A stretch of 64,000 nt of DNA. It comes from Clostridia bacterium (GTDB taxonomy: Bacteria > Bacillota > Clostridia > UMGS1840). Location: NCBI GenBank assembly GCA_045631485.1, contig JAZQUU010000026.1:3063-67062 (forward strand), written 5' to 3'. Both the position numbers and the translations under genes were made by a program. Positions 27,900 to 41,816 of this stretch are shown one piece after another. The notes under the pieces were generated by a model. It made no database searches, was not told the origin of the DNA, and worked only from the letters and a program-made list of their open reading frames with translations. Numbering within the stretch: the first letter of the stretch is position 1; every line of letters begins with the position of its first letter.

Positions 27900-28017
27900 T
27901 TTATTTTCCTCCTGCAAAATTCCAATAAAATTCTATCAAAAAGATTGTACGATAAACTGTACTGTGTTTTTTTCAATTTCGGCTTTCGTTATACAAGAAA
28001 GAAAAGCTTTGGATGCA

Positions 28018-28373
28018 TCTTATGTTTTAACATCTTTAAAATAACTTCTTTTAGCAAATTCAAAACCATCCTTTTTGTCCTCATTAGAAGTTAAAACCAT
28101 TCCTTTTTATAACTTCTTCCTTTGCATATTCCAAGCTATCCACTTGTTCTCTTTTTCGTTTCACTAAATCGGAAATAAAAAAATCGGGACTTGTTTTATC
28201 TGCATTTGCATAAGACGCCGTTATAACAAATCTACAGTTCCCATCATAGAAATGAAACGCACATGACCTTTTTATTTCGTCAAGAAAAACATACATCTCT
28301 TCGGTTAAGTTTCCATTTTCTCTCAAATCCTTTTGGATTGAAAATAAGTAAAACCATCTCTTAATTTTTTCAT
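28018..28373 (-). pseudogene. Probable frameshifted hypothetical gene
   Basis: GGAG-led ATG 28373 gives MKKLRDGFTYFQSKRI*; a 1-nt shift at CAAAAGG joins it to ORF 28084..28326; a degenerate copy of its 3' part follows the stop. Confidence 0.45.
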
Positions 28374-28477
28374 TTCTGTCTCTCCATTTTTAACAAATCA
28401 AATTGCCTTTTATGCTACCCGTAGTGCGATTTCTTCGCAGAGCGATATCCCATGCAAAAGGCAGTAGTGCAGCCATT

Positions 28478-28591
28478 GTAGGGTTCGGCGGTTTCCGACG
28501 AACCGAGTGCTGTTTCGGAACATCCTAAAAGCTATTCCCTACATCCCACCTCGTCCGAGTTGCTCCGCCACCGTTCCGTCAAGGGAAGGCT
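28478..28591. repeat. Cluster of REP-like palindromes
   Basis: GTAGGGTTCGGCGGTTTCCGACGAACC (28478-28504), inverted degenerate copy ending TTCCCTAC (28516-28542), CGCCACC...CAAGGGAAGGCT element. Confidence 0.6.
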
Positions 28592-28607
28592 CAGAAGGAT
28601 TTCATTT

Positions 28608-28636
28608 ATTATATCACGAAAAACGGAAATTGGCAA
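28608..28636 (-). promoter_or_regulatory. Sigma-A-type promoter downstream of the gap terminator
   Basis: Minus strand TTGCCA-17 bp-TATAAT with extended -10 (TGA TATAAT). Confidence 0.6.
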
Positions 28637-28654
28637 GTAGGTTTCTCAAAATAC

Positions 28655-28690
28655 AAAAAAGGTGTCTTCCAATCAGAAGACACCTTTTTT
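28655..28690 (-). terminator. gap terminator
   Basis: AAAAAAGGTGTCTTC...GAAGACACCTTTTTT. Confidence 0.85.
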
Positions 28691-28703
28691 CGCATAAGGA
28701 TTA

Positions 28704-29753
<1,050 letters not shown>

Positions 29754-29840
29754 TTACATACTTGGCAATATTGCCATATATAAAATTTTTTTAACTGAAT
29801 TTTGTGCGGAATTTTTTGGTTTCTCCGCAAAACCTTAACT

Positions 29841-29869
29841 ATTATACTACATTGTCAAAAAAATATCAA
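29841..29869 (-). promoter_or_regulatory. Sigma-A promoter of gap
   Basis: Minus strand TTGATA-17 bp-TATAAT. Confidence 0.7.
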
Positions 29870-29930
29870 GCTTTTTCTTGGATTTTTTTGCAAAAAAGAT
29901 AATTTCGTTAAAATTCACAAGTTTTTACAA

Positions 29931-31436
29931 TTATTTGCCAATGGCTTTGTCTTTTAAGATAACGTCATGTGCGCCGCCTTCTACGATACTGGTGGAAGAA
30001 ACCAAAGTCAATTTTGCTTTTTCCTGCAGTTCTTCGATGGTTAATGCACCACAGTTACACATGGTGGATTTTACCTTTTTCAAGGTAACATTCACGTTGT
30101 CTCTTAAAGAACCTGCATAAGGAACATAGGAATCTACGCCTTCTTCGAAGGATAATTTTGCCTGTCCGCCGCTATCATATCTTTGCCAGTTTCTTGCACG
30201 GTTAGAACCTTCGCCCCAATATTCTTTAAAATAGTTACCGTTAATATTAACTTTCTGAGTCGGGCTTTCGTCAAAACGGGAGAAATATCTACCCAGCATT
30301 ACAAAGTCAGAACCCATAGCCAATGCTAAGGTGATGTGGTAGTCATGCACAATACCGCCATCGGAACAAATCGGTACATAAATACCGGTTTCTTTATAAT
30401 ATTCGTCTCTTGCTTTTGCAACGTCGATAACGCTGGTAGCCTGTCCGCGACCAATACCTTTGGTTTCACGGGTGATACAGATGGAACCGCCTCCGATACC
30501 AACTTTAATAAAGTCTGCACCTGCTTCTGCCAAGAAACGGAAACCTTCTGCATCCACAACATTCCCTGCACCGATTTTAATTTTATCACCGTATTTTGCT
30601 CTTGCAAATTCCAGGGTGCGTTTCTGCCATTCGGTGTAACCTTCGGAAGAGTCGATACATAAAACGTCTGCACCTGCTTCCACCAAGGCGGGAATTCTTT
30701 CTTCGTAGTCACGAGTGTTGATACCTGCACCTACGATATAACGTTTATCGGAATCCAATAATTCCAACGGATTTTCTTTGTGAGAAGAATAGTCCTTACG
30801 GAATACGAAATACATCAGATTACCATTATCATCAACAATGGGAAGAGAATTTAATTTGTTATCCCAGATAATGTCGTTAGCTTCTTTTAAAGTGGTGTTT
30901 TTATTGCCGGTAATCAGTTTATCAAGGGGAGTCATCAGTTCGGAAACTTTCACATCCATAGATAATCTGGAAACACGGTAATCTCTGGATGTAACCACAC
31001 CCAGAAGCTTTCCGTTGGGTTTTCCGTCTTCGGTAACTGCCATGGTGGAGTGACCGGTTTTTTCCAAAAGTTCTAAAATATCTGCTAAGGTCTGATCGGG
31101 TTTAATATTGGAATCACTATACACAAAACCTGCTTTGTGCGCTTTCACACGACGAACCATTTCTGCTTCTTCTTCAATGGTCTGAGAACCATAGATAAAG
31201 GAAACGCCGCCTTCCATTGCCAAAGCAACTGCAAGTTTTTCACCGGATACGGACTGCATAATTGCAGAAACCATGGGGATATTCAAACTGATAGGACATT
31301 CTTCCTGCCCTTTTTTATATCTTACCAACGGTGTTTTCAGACTAACCTTGTCCGGAACGCATTCACAAGAGGAATAGCCCGGAACCAACAGATATTCACT
31401 GAAAGTGTGAGATTGATTTTCAAAAAAATAAGCCAC
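29931..31436 (-). CDS. guaB: IMP dehydrogenase
   Basis: [21 protein letters not shown] pair, EEGVDS; TTGACA-17-TAAAAT promoter at 31487-31515. Confidence 0.96.
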   Translation of the reverse strand: MAYFFENQSHTFSEYLLVPGYSSCECVPDKVSLKTPLVRYKKGQEECPISLNIPMVSAIMQSVSGEKLAVALAMEGGVSFIYGSQTIEEEAEMVRRVKAHKAGFVYSDSNIKPDQTLADILELLEKTGHSTMAVTEDGKPNGKLLGVVTSRDYRVSRLSMDVKVSELMTPLDKLITGNKNTTLKEANDIIWDNKLNSLPIVDDNGNLMYFVFRKDYSSHKENPLELLDSDKRYIVGAGINTRDYEERIPALVEAGADVLCIDSSEGYTEWQKRTLEFARAKYGDKIKIGAGNVVDAEGFRFLAEAGADFIKVGIGGGSICITRETKGIGRGQATSVIDVAKARDEYYKETGIYVPICSDGGIVHDYHITLALAMGSDFVMLGRYFSRFDESPTQKVNINGNYFKEYWGEGSNRARNWQRYDSGGQAKLSFEEGVDSYVPYAGSLRDNVNVTLKKVKSTMCNCGALTIEELQEKAKLTLVSSTSIVEGGAHDVILKDKAIGK

Positions 31437-31545
31437 TTGTTTTTCTCCTTCTTTCTCGTTTTGGAATCAAAATGATTATTGTATCTATTTTACAACATTT
31501 CTCGCATCTTGTCAATATTTTTCCTAAGATTTCATAGAAACCTTA

Positions 31546-32853
<1,308 letters not shown>

Positions 32854-32859
32854 TTAAAA

Positions 32860-34101
32860 TTAACCTCGAATCTGACCATTTCCGTAAATAATGTATTTCA
32901 CGGTAGTCAACGCTTCCAATCCCATCGGTCCTCTTGCGTGAAGCTTTTGGGTGGAAATTCCGATTTCCGCACCGTAGCCAAATTCAAAGCCGTCGGTAAA
33001 ACGGGTGGAAGCATTCACATAAACTGCTGCCGCATCCACGGATTTTAAAAACTTTTGAGAGTTTTCATAACTTTCGGTTACGATACATTCGGAATGTTTT
33101 GTATTATGAGAATTGATATGTGCTATCGCCTCATCAATCCCCGAAACAATTTTTACGGATAAAATCAAATCGTTATATTCGGTGTAAAAATCTTCTTCGG
33201 TTGCAGGATTTGCCGAAATAATCTGCAATGTTTTTTCGCAACCCCGAAGTTCCACACCTTTTTCTTCCAATGCTTTTTTTGCCATCGGCAAAAATTTATT
33301 TGCAACTTTTTCGGAAACCAAAAGACTTTCGCAAGCGTTGCATACGGAAGGACGCTGCGTTTTGGCATTGACCAAAATGGAAAGTGCCATCTCCAAATTG
33401 GCAGAATCATCCACATAAGTATGGCAATTCCCTGTTCCTGTTTCAATTACGGGAACTGTGGCATTTTCTACCACGGTCTTAATGAGTCCTGCTCCCCCTC
33501 TGGGAATCAAAACATCAACAATGCCGTTTAATCGCATCATTTCTTTTGCAGTTTCACGACTGGTGTCGGACAATAGTTCCACAGTGCTTTCAGGAAGTCC
33601 TGCCGAAACAATTGCTTCTTTCATTACCTTGGTTAAGGCAAGATTGGAGCAAAGGGCTTCCTTACCGCCTCGAAGCAAGGTTGCATTTCCCGTTTTTAAG
33701 GTCAGGCAAACTGCATCCACGGTTACATTGGGACGAGCTTCATAAATAATGCCAACCAAACCGAGAGGTACTCGTTTTTTCCCAATCACAAGTCCGTTGG
33801 GTCGTTCGGTCATATTGATTACTTCGCCTACCGGGTCTTTTAATGCCGCCACCTGACGAACACCCTCCGCCATGTCGCAAATGCGTTCTTTTGTTAAACG
33901 AAGACGGTCAATCATAGTAGGACGAACGCCGTTTATCTCTGCATTGGCAATATCTTTTTCATTTTCCGCTAAGATAAAATCCACATTGCAAAGTAAATGG
34001 TCTGCAATTTTTAACAAGGCATCATTTTTCTGAGAAATACCGGCAAGAGACAATTGGTAACTTGCTTCTTTTGCCAACAAGGCTTGTTCTCTTAATTGCA
34101 T
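32860..34101 (-). CDS. proA: Glutamate-5-semialdehyde dehydrogenase
   Basis: [41 protein letters not shown]; ATG 34101. Confidence 0.97.
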   Translation of the reverse strand: MQLREQALLAKEASYQLSLAGISQKNDALLKIADHLLCNVDFILAENEKDIANAEINGVRPTMIDRLRLTKERICDMAEGVRQVAALKDPVGEVINMTERPNGLVIGKKRVPLGLVGIIYEARPNVTVDAVCLTLKTGNATLLRGGKEALCSNLALTKVMKEAIVSAGLPESTVELLSDTSRETAKEMMRLNGIVDVLIPRGGAGLIKTVVENATVPVIETGTGNCHTYVDDSANLEMALSILVNAKTQRPSVCNACESLLVSEKVANKFLPMAKKALEEKGVELRGCEKTLQIISANPATEEDFYTEYNDLILSVKIVSGIDEAIAHINSHNTKHSECIVTESYENSQKFLKSVDAAAVYVNASTRFTDGFEFGYGAEIGISTQKLHARGPMGLEALTTVKYIIYGNGQIRG

Positions 34102-34102
34102 G

Positions 34103-34900
34103 TTATACCATCTCCTTTCTGCCGTGAAAAGCGGTACCAACCTGTTCCCCGTCAATAATCCGATAAATAATTTCCGGGTCATCTCCCTGAGCAATCACTG
34201 TGGTGATTTCATCTTGTTTTGCGATTTCTGCGGCAAGAATTTTGGTAAACATACCGCCGGTTCCCATATTGGAGCCTGCGCCACCTGCTTTTTCTTTGAT
34301 TTCGTCGGTGATTTCATAAATATCGGAAATCAATTTTGCATCAGGATTCACTTTTGGGTTATCATTGTAGTAACCATCAATATCTGTCAGGATAATCAAT
34401 AAATCCGCACCGACAAGTCTTGCCACATAAGCAGATAAGGTATCGTTGTCACCAAACTCGATTTCATCGGTAGAAATTACGTCATTTTCGTTGACAATAG
34501 GAATTACTCCCATTTCCAGCAAAGTGGAAAATGTGTTTTCGGCATTATGACGATAATGGTCGTGATCGATGATATATTTGGTAATCAAAATCTGGGCAAC
34601 ATCCTGACCGTACTGAGCAAAAAACTTATCGTATATCCCCATCAACTGACATTGCCCCACAGCGGCAGTTGCCTGCTTTTCTTTCACTTCGGTAGGACGC
34701 TTCGGCAAATTCAGCTTTGCAACACCAACGCCTATTGCACCGGAGGAAACCAAAACCACTTTTTTACCTTGGTTTTTCAGGTCGGAAAGCACCCTAACCA
34801 GTTTTTCAATTCGTCTGTAATTCATTTTTCCGTTGTCGTAGGTCAGGGAGCTGGTCCCGATTTTTACAACAACTGTTTCTGAAGTTAAATTTCTCATCAT
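34103..34900 (-). CDS. proB: Glutamate 5-kinase (no PUA domain)
   Basis: [34 protein letters not shown]. Confidence 0.96.
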   Translation of the reverse strand: MMRNLTSETVVVKIGTSSLTYDNGKMNYRRIEKLVRVLSDLKNQGKKVVLVSSGAIGVGVAKLNLPKRPTEVKEKQATAAVGQCQLMGIYDKFFAQYGQDVAQILITKYIIDHDHYRHNAENTFSTLLEMGVIPIVNENDVISTDEIEFGDNDTLSAYVARLVGADLLIILTDIDGYYNDNPKVNPDAKLISDIYEITDEIKEKAGGAGSNMGTGGMFTKILAAEIAKQDEITTVIAQGDDPEIIYRIIDGEQVGTAFHGRKEMV

Positions 34901-34970
34901 ATTATCCTCTCAATCTGCAACCATATCAAGGTTGACAGAATCGTCACATTTATGAAGCAAATCTAATGTC

Positions 34971-37712
34971 TTATTCTGTTGCTTCCGAGGAGGCGTTCAA
35001 ATCGTTAATCAACGCTTCTAAGTCTTTCATAGCAGTTCCAAAAGCTTCCCAGTCATTATTCTTGGTTGCCTGTTGAACACGGTTAAACGCTTCGGTAATT
35101 TTTTCAATATCATTTTTGTCGGCAACTTCCGGCGGCAACACAACCGAGACAGGTTGTGTGTCGGTAATCTGTTCCGCTCCCGTTGCAACAAACAACGCCT
35201 CAACGGCTTGTTGCAAGGTCGGTTTCACGGCAATTTTGTTGTCATACGCCGCCACAACCATTTTAAGTTCCGGCAAGGTGTTTTTCCCTGATGTTACATA
35301 AATAGGCTCCGCATACAACACGGAATCCGAAACAGGCACCACAACGAGGTTTCCCCGGATAATGGTGGACTCGCCGGTTCCCAGTGCAGACATCACACTA
35401 TCAATTTCAGGATTGGAATTGACACGTTTTTCAATCTGAAGCGGTCCGTAAACCGTTTCCCCTTGGGGGAATTGCACCAACGTCAGGTTTCCGTAACAAT
35501 CCCCATCGGAACCTGCCGTAAACCAGGCTGCCATATTGTCCTTTTCTTTATCCGAAAAAGGAATCATCAGGGTTAATTCCTGCTTCCCGTTTACAGTAAG
35601 CATCTGATAAGAGGGCTTCATTTTTGATTTCGTCTGATCCTCGGAAATACTTTCTTTCCAGGTGGAAGTTTCCGCACTGATTTCATTGGCAACTTCCCAC
35701 TCATCCGAACGATTATAAAAAGTAACCGCATCGGTAATATGATACTGTTTTAAAATATCTGCCTGAATATTAAAATAGGTTTCGGGATATCTGAGGCTAT
35801 ATTTCAAATCTGACGGGAATTCCCTAGCCGTAAATACTTCGGGATAGATGCTACGATAAACCTGAATCAGTTTATCCGAGGGATCTGTAATATAAATCTC
35901 TACGGTGCCGTCATACGCATCCACAACCGCCTTGGCGGAATTTCTGATATAATTAAATCCATCCTCATGGGGTTTTGCATAGGGGAAATATTCGGTGGTG
36001 GTGTATGCATCCACAATCCATTTGAACCGTCCCTCGCTATCTGCAAGAAGATACGGGTCTTCGTCAAACATCAAAAACGGTGCCGCCGTTCTGACACGTT
36101 CCAACACATTGGTATTCATCAGGATTTTGCTGTCCGATGTGATAAAATTGGAGGTGAGCAGTTGATGATCACCATAACGAATTGCAAAAAGCAATCGATT
36201 GATTCCCGTTAAGGAAATTCCTGATTTTCCCTGATATGCATGTTCCACAGATTGACCTTTGGAAAGATAGTCAAATTCTTTCACCTGTGTATTGACAACG
36301 GAATAATCATCGTCGTATTCGCCGTAATAAATTCGGGGTTCTGTGATATTCACTTCCTGAATGGTGGAAACAACCGGACTGTCTTTTACATATAATACGG
36401 GATGTCCGTCCTCCGTGACAACATTGGCGGGCAGAAACACCGCACCGTAACCGTGGGTAAATCTCATTTTATCATTACTGTAACTTTGGGAAGTTGGCGA
36501 TTCTTCCAATTTCTTTAATTCCCTGGGAGAAACCATCACCGCTTCCTTATGACCATTGATTTTATAACACACGGTGTCAACATCAATAAATTCATAATAA
36601 TCACGGATGCTTTGAAGTTGCGTAAGAATCGTTTTGGCAACATCACAATCAAGTAAGGCAATGCTCTCAATGGTTTGTCGGTGATTTTTAGCATCCTCCG
36701 TTGTCCAGTCGGTTTGCGGCAGAAATTCCTGTTCCGCAATATTCTGAATTCCGTATGCGGTTCTGGTGGCATCAATATGATGTTTGATATACGGAGCTTC
36801 CACCTGACCTTCCGCCGGTTTCACATGAAAATATTGAGTTACCAAAGCACTTACCGTAAAGGCTATCAATATCACAGGCAACACAAGTGCCGTGTAAACA
36901 GAAAATTTAAAATTCCCTTTATTAAGGAACACCAGAATCACGGCAATCAACAACACACTGATATACGGAATCAGATTGTAATACTTAAGCCAGATATAGA
37001 CATCGGTAAATCCTGCTCCCCACACACCTGCAAATTCTGAAAATAAAATATCTTCTGCCTTGAATTTGTAAGTACACAAATGAATCAGCACAATCATCAG
37101 AATATGGAAAATGATATGAGAAACCACTTTCTTATTTCGGATAAAATCTTTGAGCTTCTCCACACCGAGACAACCGTATAAGAAAACATACAGCACGGAT
37201 ACCAAAATTGCAACAAAAATCGCAATACCCATCAGACTGTCTGAAATCGCAATCAGAAAAGGTCTGATAAACACATAATAAGAAACATCCTGCCCGAATA
37301 TTGGGTCCAAAATCCCCCATTCCGATGTGTTTGCAAAAAATAAAAATTCGGAACTTACTGCTTCTTTAATAAAATTTCCCGCAAAAATTGCTAAGGTGAA
37401 TGATAAAATCCAGATTGGAAACATCGGTTCCAGAAAATGGAAGGATTCATCCACACCAAGCATGGTTTTTCTAATCCGCAGCAAACTAAAGAAGATTGCA
37501 AAAAAAACGATTGCAAATCCTATCACCTGAACGAGGAATTGTGTCAGCGTATTTTTGAAAAAAACAGTTGTGAAATTCTGACCGATTTCCTGAATCTGAA
37601 TCAATTCCATATAAAATCTGTAACCTGCAATCAGAATAGCGCTCAGCACAAAAACACCAATGCCGATTGACAAGGCTATTACTGTTTTTTTAAATCCTGC
37701 GCTCACAACCAT
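34971..37712 (-). CDS. UPF0182-family membrane protein
   Basis: N-terminal TM bundle, DPIFGQDVSYYVF, FTHGYG, EPRIYYGE, NYIRNSAK, GNLVVVP. Confidence 0.9.
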   Translation of the reverse strand: MVVSAGFKKTVIALSIGIGVFVLSAILIAGYRFYMELIQIQEIGQNFTTVFFKNTLTQFLVQVIGFAIVFFAIFFSLLRIRKTMLGVDESFHFLEPMFPIWILSFTLAIFAGNFIKEAVSSEFLFFANTSEWGILDPIFGQDVSYYVFIRPFLIAISDSLMGIAIFVAILVSVLYVFLYGCLGVEKLKDFIRNKKVVSHIIFHILMIVLIHLCTYKFKAEDILFSEFAGVWGAGFTDVYIWLKYYNLIPYISVLLIAVILVFLNKGNFKFSVYTALVLPVILIAFTVSALVTQYFHVKPAEGQVEAPYIKHHIDATRTAYGIQNIAEQEFLPQTDWTTEDAKNHRQTIESIALLDCDVAKTILTQLQSIRDYYEFIDVDTVCYKINGHKEAVMVSPRELKKLEESPTSQSYSNDKMRFTHGYGAVFLPANVVTEDGHPVLYVKDSPVVSTIQEVNITEPRIYYGEYDDDYSVVNTQVKEFDYLSKGQSVEHAYQGKSGISLTGINRLLFAIRYGDHQLLTSNFITSDSKILMNTNVLERVRTAAPFLMFDEDPYLLADSEGRFKWIVDAYTTTEYFPYAKPHEDGFNYIRNSAKAVVDAYDGTVEIYITDPSDKLIQVYRSIYPEVFTAREFPSDLKYSLRYPETYFNIQADILKQYHITDAVTFYNRSDEWEVANEISAETSTWKESISEDQTKSKMKPSYQMLTVNGKQELTLMIPFSDKEKDNMAAWFTAGSDGDCYGNLTLVQFPQGETVYGPLQIEKRVNSNPEIDSVMSALGTGESTIIRGNLVVVPVSDSVLYAEPIYVTSGKNTLPELKMVVAAYDNKIAVKPTLQQAVEALFVATGAEQITDTQPVSVVLPPEVADKNDIEKITEAFNRVQQATKNNDWEAFGTAMKDLEALINDLNASSEATE

Positions 37713-37740
37713 TCACTCCTCATTCTAAAATCAAATATCA

Positions 37741-38646
37741 TTAATCAAACAATTCTTCTGCATAGGAAGCAGGGTCGAAATCCATTAAATCTTCCAACTG
37801 TTCCCCAACACCGATTAATTTTACCGGCAGTCCTGTTTTTTGCACCAAAGGAATAATCACACCGCCTTTGGCAGTGCCGTCCAATTTTGTTAAGATAAGA
37901 CCGGTAAGTCCTGCAGCTTCCGAAAAGCTTTGTGCCTGAAGCAATGCATTCTGACCGGTTGCGGCTTCCACAACCAAAAGAGATTCAATAAATTCCGCAC
38001 CGGTTTGCTGTTTTAGGATACGATGCATTTTGGATAATTCATCCATCAGACCTTTTTTGGTCTGAAGACGACCTGCAGTGTCACAAATCAAAACATCTTT
38101 GCCTGTTTTTTTCAAGTGTTCCGCCGCTTGATACACAACGGAAGCGGGATCTTGCTCGGCTTCACCGCAGAAAAAATCGGCTCCGCTACGCTCTGCCCAC
38201 ACCTGAAGTTGCTCGGTTGCAGCGGCACGGAATGTATCTGCCGCCGCTAAAATAACAGACTTCCCTTCTTTGGAGAACTGATGGGCAAGTTTTCCTGCGG
38301 TGGTGGTTTTTCCTGCTCCGTTTACGCCCACTAAAATCATAATATAAGGCTTATTTTCTTTTTTCAATGCGTGGTCAGGAGATAAGATTTCTGCAATAAT
38401 TGCTTTGATTTCTTGCTTGACCTCATCTGCTTCCGTTAAGCGTTTCTCCTTCACGCGTTTTCTCAATTCTTCAATGATATATGCCGAACTCTCTGCGCTG
38501 ATATCGGATAAAATCAGAATTTCTTCCAGTTCATCATATAACTCTTCATCAATTTTTTTGAAAATTTTGAAAGCATTGTTAATACCTTCCGACATTGCCT
38601 GCTTGGTCTTTGCAATGCCGCGTTTAAATTTATCAATAAAAAACAT
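37741..38646 (-). CDS. ftsY: Signal recognition particle receptor FtsY
   Basis: GVNGAGKTTT, DTFRAAA, DTAGRLQ, TKLDGTAKGG. Confidence 0.97.
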   Translation of the reverse strand: MFFIDKFKRGIAKTKQAMSEGINNAFKIFKKIDEELYDELEEILILSDISAESSAYIIEELRKRVKEKRLTEADEVKQEIKAIIAEILSPDHALKKENKPYIMILVGVNGAGKTTTAGKLAHQFSKEGKSVILAAADTFRAAATEQLQVWAERSGADFFCGEAEQDPASVVYQAAEHLKKTGKDVLICDTAGRLQTKKGLMDELSKMHRILKQQTGAEFIESLLVVEAATGQNALLQAQSFSEAAGLTGLILTKLDGTAKGGVIIPLVQKTGLPVKLIGVGEQLEDLMDFDPASYAEELFD

Positions 38647-38658
38647 ACTGTTTCTCCT

Positions 38659-41600
38659 TTAATCTTCCGTGATAACGTCTTTCATCTTTAATGCAACCAA
38701 CTTGGTTACGCCTTTTTCCTGCATGGTAACACCGTATAATGTGTCTGCATTTTCCATCGTACCGCGGCGGTGAGACACCAAAATAAATTGTGTTTTATGC
38801 TTATAGCTTTTAATGTACTCTGCAAAGCGATACACATTCACTTCGTCCAGCGCCGCTTCAATTTCATCAAACACACAAAACGGCAACGGTTTTAAGCTTA
38901 ATACGGAAAACAACAGTGCAATCGCAGTAAAAGCTTTTTCCCCACCGGATAACAATGAAATGCTTTCCAGTTTTTTTCCCGGAGGCTGCACGATGATTTC
39001 AATACCGCTTTCCAACACGTTATCAGGTTCTGTCAGTTTCAGTGAAGCATTTCCGCCGTTAAAAAGCGCACGGAAAGTTTCTTTAAAGTTTTCGTGGATT
39101 AAATCAAATTGGGTGATAAAATCTGTTTTCATAATGGTGAGCATATCTGAAATCAATGTTTCCAGTTCTTCTTTAGCTCCCTTTAAATCTTCCTCTTGCT
39201 TTTTCATAAAGGTATATCGTTCGTTCACTTCACGATATTCTTCCACAGAAGATAAATTTACATCGCCCAAAGATTTGATTTTGGCTTTTAACTCTCCGAT
39301 TTTTCTGCGGTCACCTTCCGATTCTCCCTCTTCGGTGGAAACAAGCTCCATCCCCTGAGAATAAGTTAATTCGTATTGTTCCCACAGATTTTCGGTATAA
39401 ACCTCAATATCGTTTTGGATTTTTTCGATTTTTACCGTTAATTTGGACAACTCCTGCTCTAAAACAAGCAACGCATCCCTTGCTTGTTTCTGAGCTTCTT
39501 GTTGTGCAAGAAATGTTTCATCAATGGATTCTTTTTGTGTACGAATTGCTTCCAACTCTGCCAAAGTATCCTTTAAGTATTGATGCTCTTGTTTAATCTG
39601 CTCCTGCTTAAATTCAATATCTTCAGTGAGAGCATCATTTCGCTGAATCAAAGCATCTGATTCTTTGTTCTTGTTGCGATATTCTGCTTCATACTCTTCC
39701 TTTTCGGAAAGCACGGTTTTCTGATGCTCGATTTCATCACAAATCCCCTGCTCGATAAAGGTAAGATATGCTTTCTTCTGATTGAGTTCCGATAATCCTT
39801 CCGACAAGGTTTCTGCCTGAAGTTTTTTGGAATCCATATCATAGCTCAGGTCGGTTTCATCCTGAACCATCAGAAGAAGTTGTTTATCAATTTGCTTAAT
39901 TTCAGTTTTTAATTCATCAATGTTGGCGCTTTTGGATAAAAATCCTGCAGATTTTAAAATCTGACCGCCCACAATGGAACCACCGGCATTGAACACTTCA
40001 CCGGTTAAGGTAACAATACGGAAACTGTGATGATACTTACGGGAAATGCTTGCTGCTGCCTGATAGTTTTCCACCACCAGGGTTTTTCCTAAAAGGCCCG
40101 ACACAATTCCGGCAAATTTATCTTGATAGGAAACAAGCTCGGTTGCTTTTCCCACGACGCCGGATTCATAAAGTGCATCTCCGAAATCATACTCCCGTTC
40201 CTTCACAGTTTTTACGGGCAAAAATGTAACACGGCCAAGTTCATGTTTTTTTAGGTATCCAATTGCCTGCTTTGCGTCTTCTTCATCTTCCACAACAATA
40301 TTCTGCAGTGAATTTCCCAAAACCGCATCAAATGCCAGTGCAGTTTTTTTATCTGCCTTGATAATATCTGCCAGCGTGCCGTGAAGAGTTACATCGGATA
40401 ACAAACCGTTTTTGGAAGCGGAAAAAATTTCCTTAACGCTTTTTTGGTACCCCTCATAATTTTTTTCCATCTCGGAAAGGTACATCACCTTTCCCTGCTT
40501 GGTGTTTCTCTCAACCGTCAACTCAGAACGTTTCAGGCGGCTTTCTTCCAATTGCTTTTGCAATTCTTCCACCTGCTGATACAATCCGTCAATTTCTTTT
40601 TGCAGATGAGAAAAGCTCTCCATCTCGGTTTCAATATTTTTGCGGTTTTGCTTTAACTGATTGATTTTTTCTTCACGGTCTGATATCAATGCCTCATAAC
40701 GGGTTAAACGTAATTTATCGGTTTCTTTTTCGTTATTTAAACGCTCAATATCACGGATGTTTCGTTCAATTTCCACCTGATAGAGCGTGATTTGATTTTC
40801 GAATGCCGCAATGTTATATTCGTAGTCTTTTTCTTTTTTATGAAATTCTTCTGTCAGTAAATCTGCTTCCCGTCGCTTTTGGCTTAACTCCAACGCTGCA
40901 CGGTCCAGTTCTTCAATTCGTTTTCCGGCATCATTCATATCGATGGTAAGCTTTTGGTTTTTGATATCCAATTCCGAAAGCATTTCACGATATTTTCTGA
41001 TATGTCTGCACCAATAACGGATTTCCAGATTTTTCAGCTCTTCCTTTAAGGAAAGATATGCAGCTGCTTTTTTTGAAGATTTTTCCAAACCGGGAAGACG
41101 TTGTTCCAACTCAGATAAAATATCATTTAAGCGAAGCAGATTATCATTGGTCTGATTGAGTTTTCTTTCTGCCTCATCTTTTTTATGACGATATTTGGAA
41201 ATTCCCGCCGCCTCTTCAAAAAAGTTTCTTCTGTCCTGAGGTTTCCCGGAAATAATTTCGTCAATCTTACCCTGACCTACAATAGAATAACCATCACGAC
41301 CAAGACCTGTGTCCATAAAAAGCTCGTTGATATCTTTCATTCTGCAAGGAGATTTATTGATAAAGTATTCCCCTTCTCCCGAACGGTAAACCCGACGGGT
41401 GACCATTACTTCGTCAAAATCAATCTGCAAAGCATGATCGGAGTTATCAATGGTTACGGAAACTTCAGCATAATTCATCGGTTTTCTTCTGGCGGTACCT
41501 GAAAAAATAACGTCCTGCATATTGCCACCACGAAGAGACTTTGCACGAGATTCCCCCAAAACCCAACGAATGGCATCAGAAATATTACTCTTTCCTGAAC

Positions 41601-41700
41601 CGTTGGGACCAACAATGGTGGTAACTCCTCCTGTAAAGTCTAATACTGTTTTATCGGGAAAAGATTTGAAGCCGTTTAATTCAATGGTTTTCAAATACAT
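38659..41700 (-). CDS. smc: Chromosome segregation protein SMC (short-arm, 1013 aa)
   Basis: Walker A GPNGSGKS, hinge GRVTFLP...GGSIVGG, signature LSGGE, Walker B DEIEAALD; adjacent to ftsY. Confidence 0.95.
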   Translation of the reverse strand: MYLKTIELNGFKSFPDKTVLDFTGGVTTIVGPNGSGKSNISDAIRWVLGESRAKSLRGGNMQDVIFSGTARRKPMNYAEVSVTIDNSDHALQIDFDEVMVTRRVYRSGEGEYFINKSPCRMKDINELFMDTGLGRDGYSIVGQGKIDEIISGKPQDRRNFFEEAAGISKYRHKKDEAERKLNQTNDNLLRLNDILSELEQRLPGLEKSSKKAAAYLSLKEELKNLEIRYWCRHIRKYREMLSELDIKNQKLTIDMNDAGKRIEELDRAALELSQKRREADLLTEEFHKKEKDYEYNIAAFENQITLYQVEIERNIRDIERLNNEKETDKLRLTRYEALISDREEKINQLKQNRKNIETEMESFSHLQKEIDGLYQQVEELQKQLEESRLKRSELTVERNTKQGKVMYLSEMEKNYEGYQKSVKEIFSASKNGLLSDVTLHGTLADIIKADKKTALAFDAVLGNSLQNIVVEDEEDAKQAIGYLKKHELGRVTFLPVKTVKEREYDFGDALYESGVVGKATELVSYQDKFAGIVSGLLGKTLVVENYQAAASISRKYHHSFRIVTLTGEVFNAGGSIVGGQILKSAGFLSKSANIDELKTEIKQIDKQLLLMVQDETDLSYDMDSKKLQAETLSEGLSELNQKKAYLTFIEQGICDEIEHQKTVLSEKEEYEAEYRNKNKESDALIQRNDALTEDIEFKQEQIKQEHQYLKDTLAELEAIRTQKESIDETFLAQQEAQKQARDALLVLEQELSKLTVKIEKIQNDIEVYTENLWEQYELTYSQGMELVSTEEGESEGDRRKIGELKAKIKSLGDVNLSSVEEYREVNERYTFMKKQEEDLKGAKEELETLISDMLTIMKTDFITQFDLIHENFKETFRALFNGGNASLKLTEPDNVLESGIEIIVQPPGKKLESISLLSGGEKAFTAIALLFSVLSLKPLPFCVFDEIEAALDEVNVYRFAEYIKSYKHKTQFILVSHRRGTMENADTLYGVTMQEKGVTKLVALKMKDVITED

Positions 41701-41767
41701 GCCGAAGTTTTTCCTTTCCTTTGGATTATTTGCGAATCCAAGATAAATTGAATCATTTTATTATAAC

Positions 41768-41807
41768 AAAAATTCGTGGAAAATGCAAGTGTTTTCCACG
41801 AATTTTT
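41768..41807 (-). terminator. Terminator after folT-folC
   Basis: AAAAATTCGTGGAAAA...TTTTCCACGAATTTTT. Confidence 0.65.
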
Positions 41808-41816
41808 CTGTTTTTT

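Noticed and set aside
28420-28475. c-di-GMP-II riboswitch (AGTAGTGCAGCC resembles its 3' end)
   Set aside because: Other consensus elements are missing and it points away from any downstream gene on that strand.
34103-34900. ProB truncation
   Set aside because: PUA-less glutamate 5-kinases are common in Firmicutes; catalytic motifs are intact and proA follows directly.
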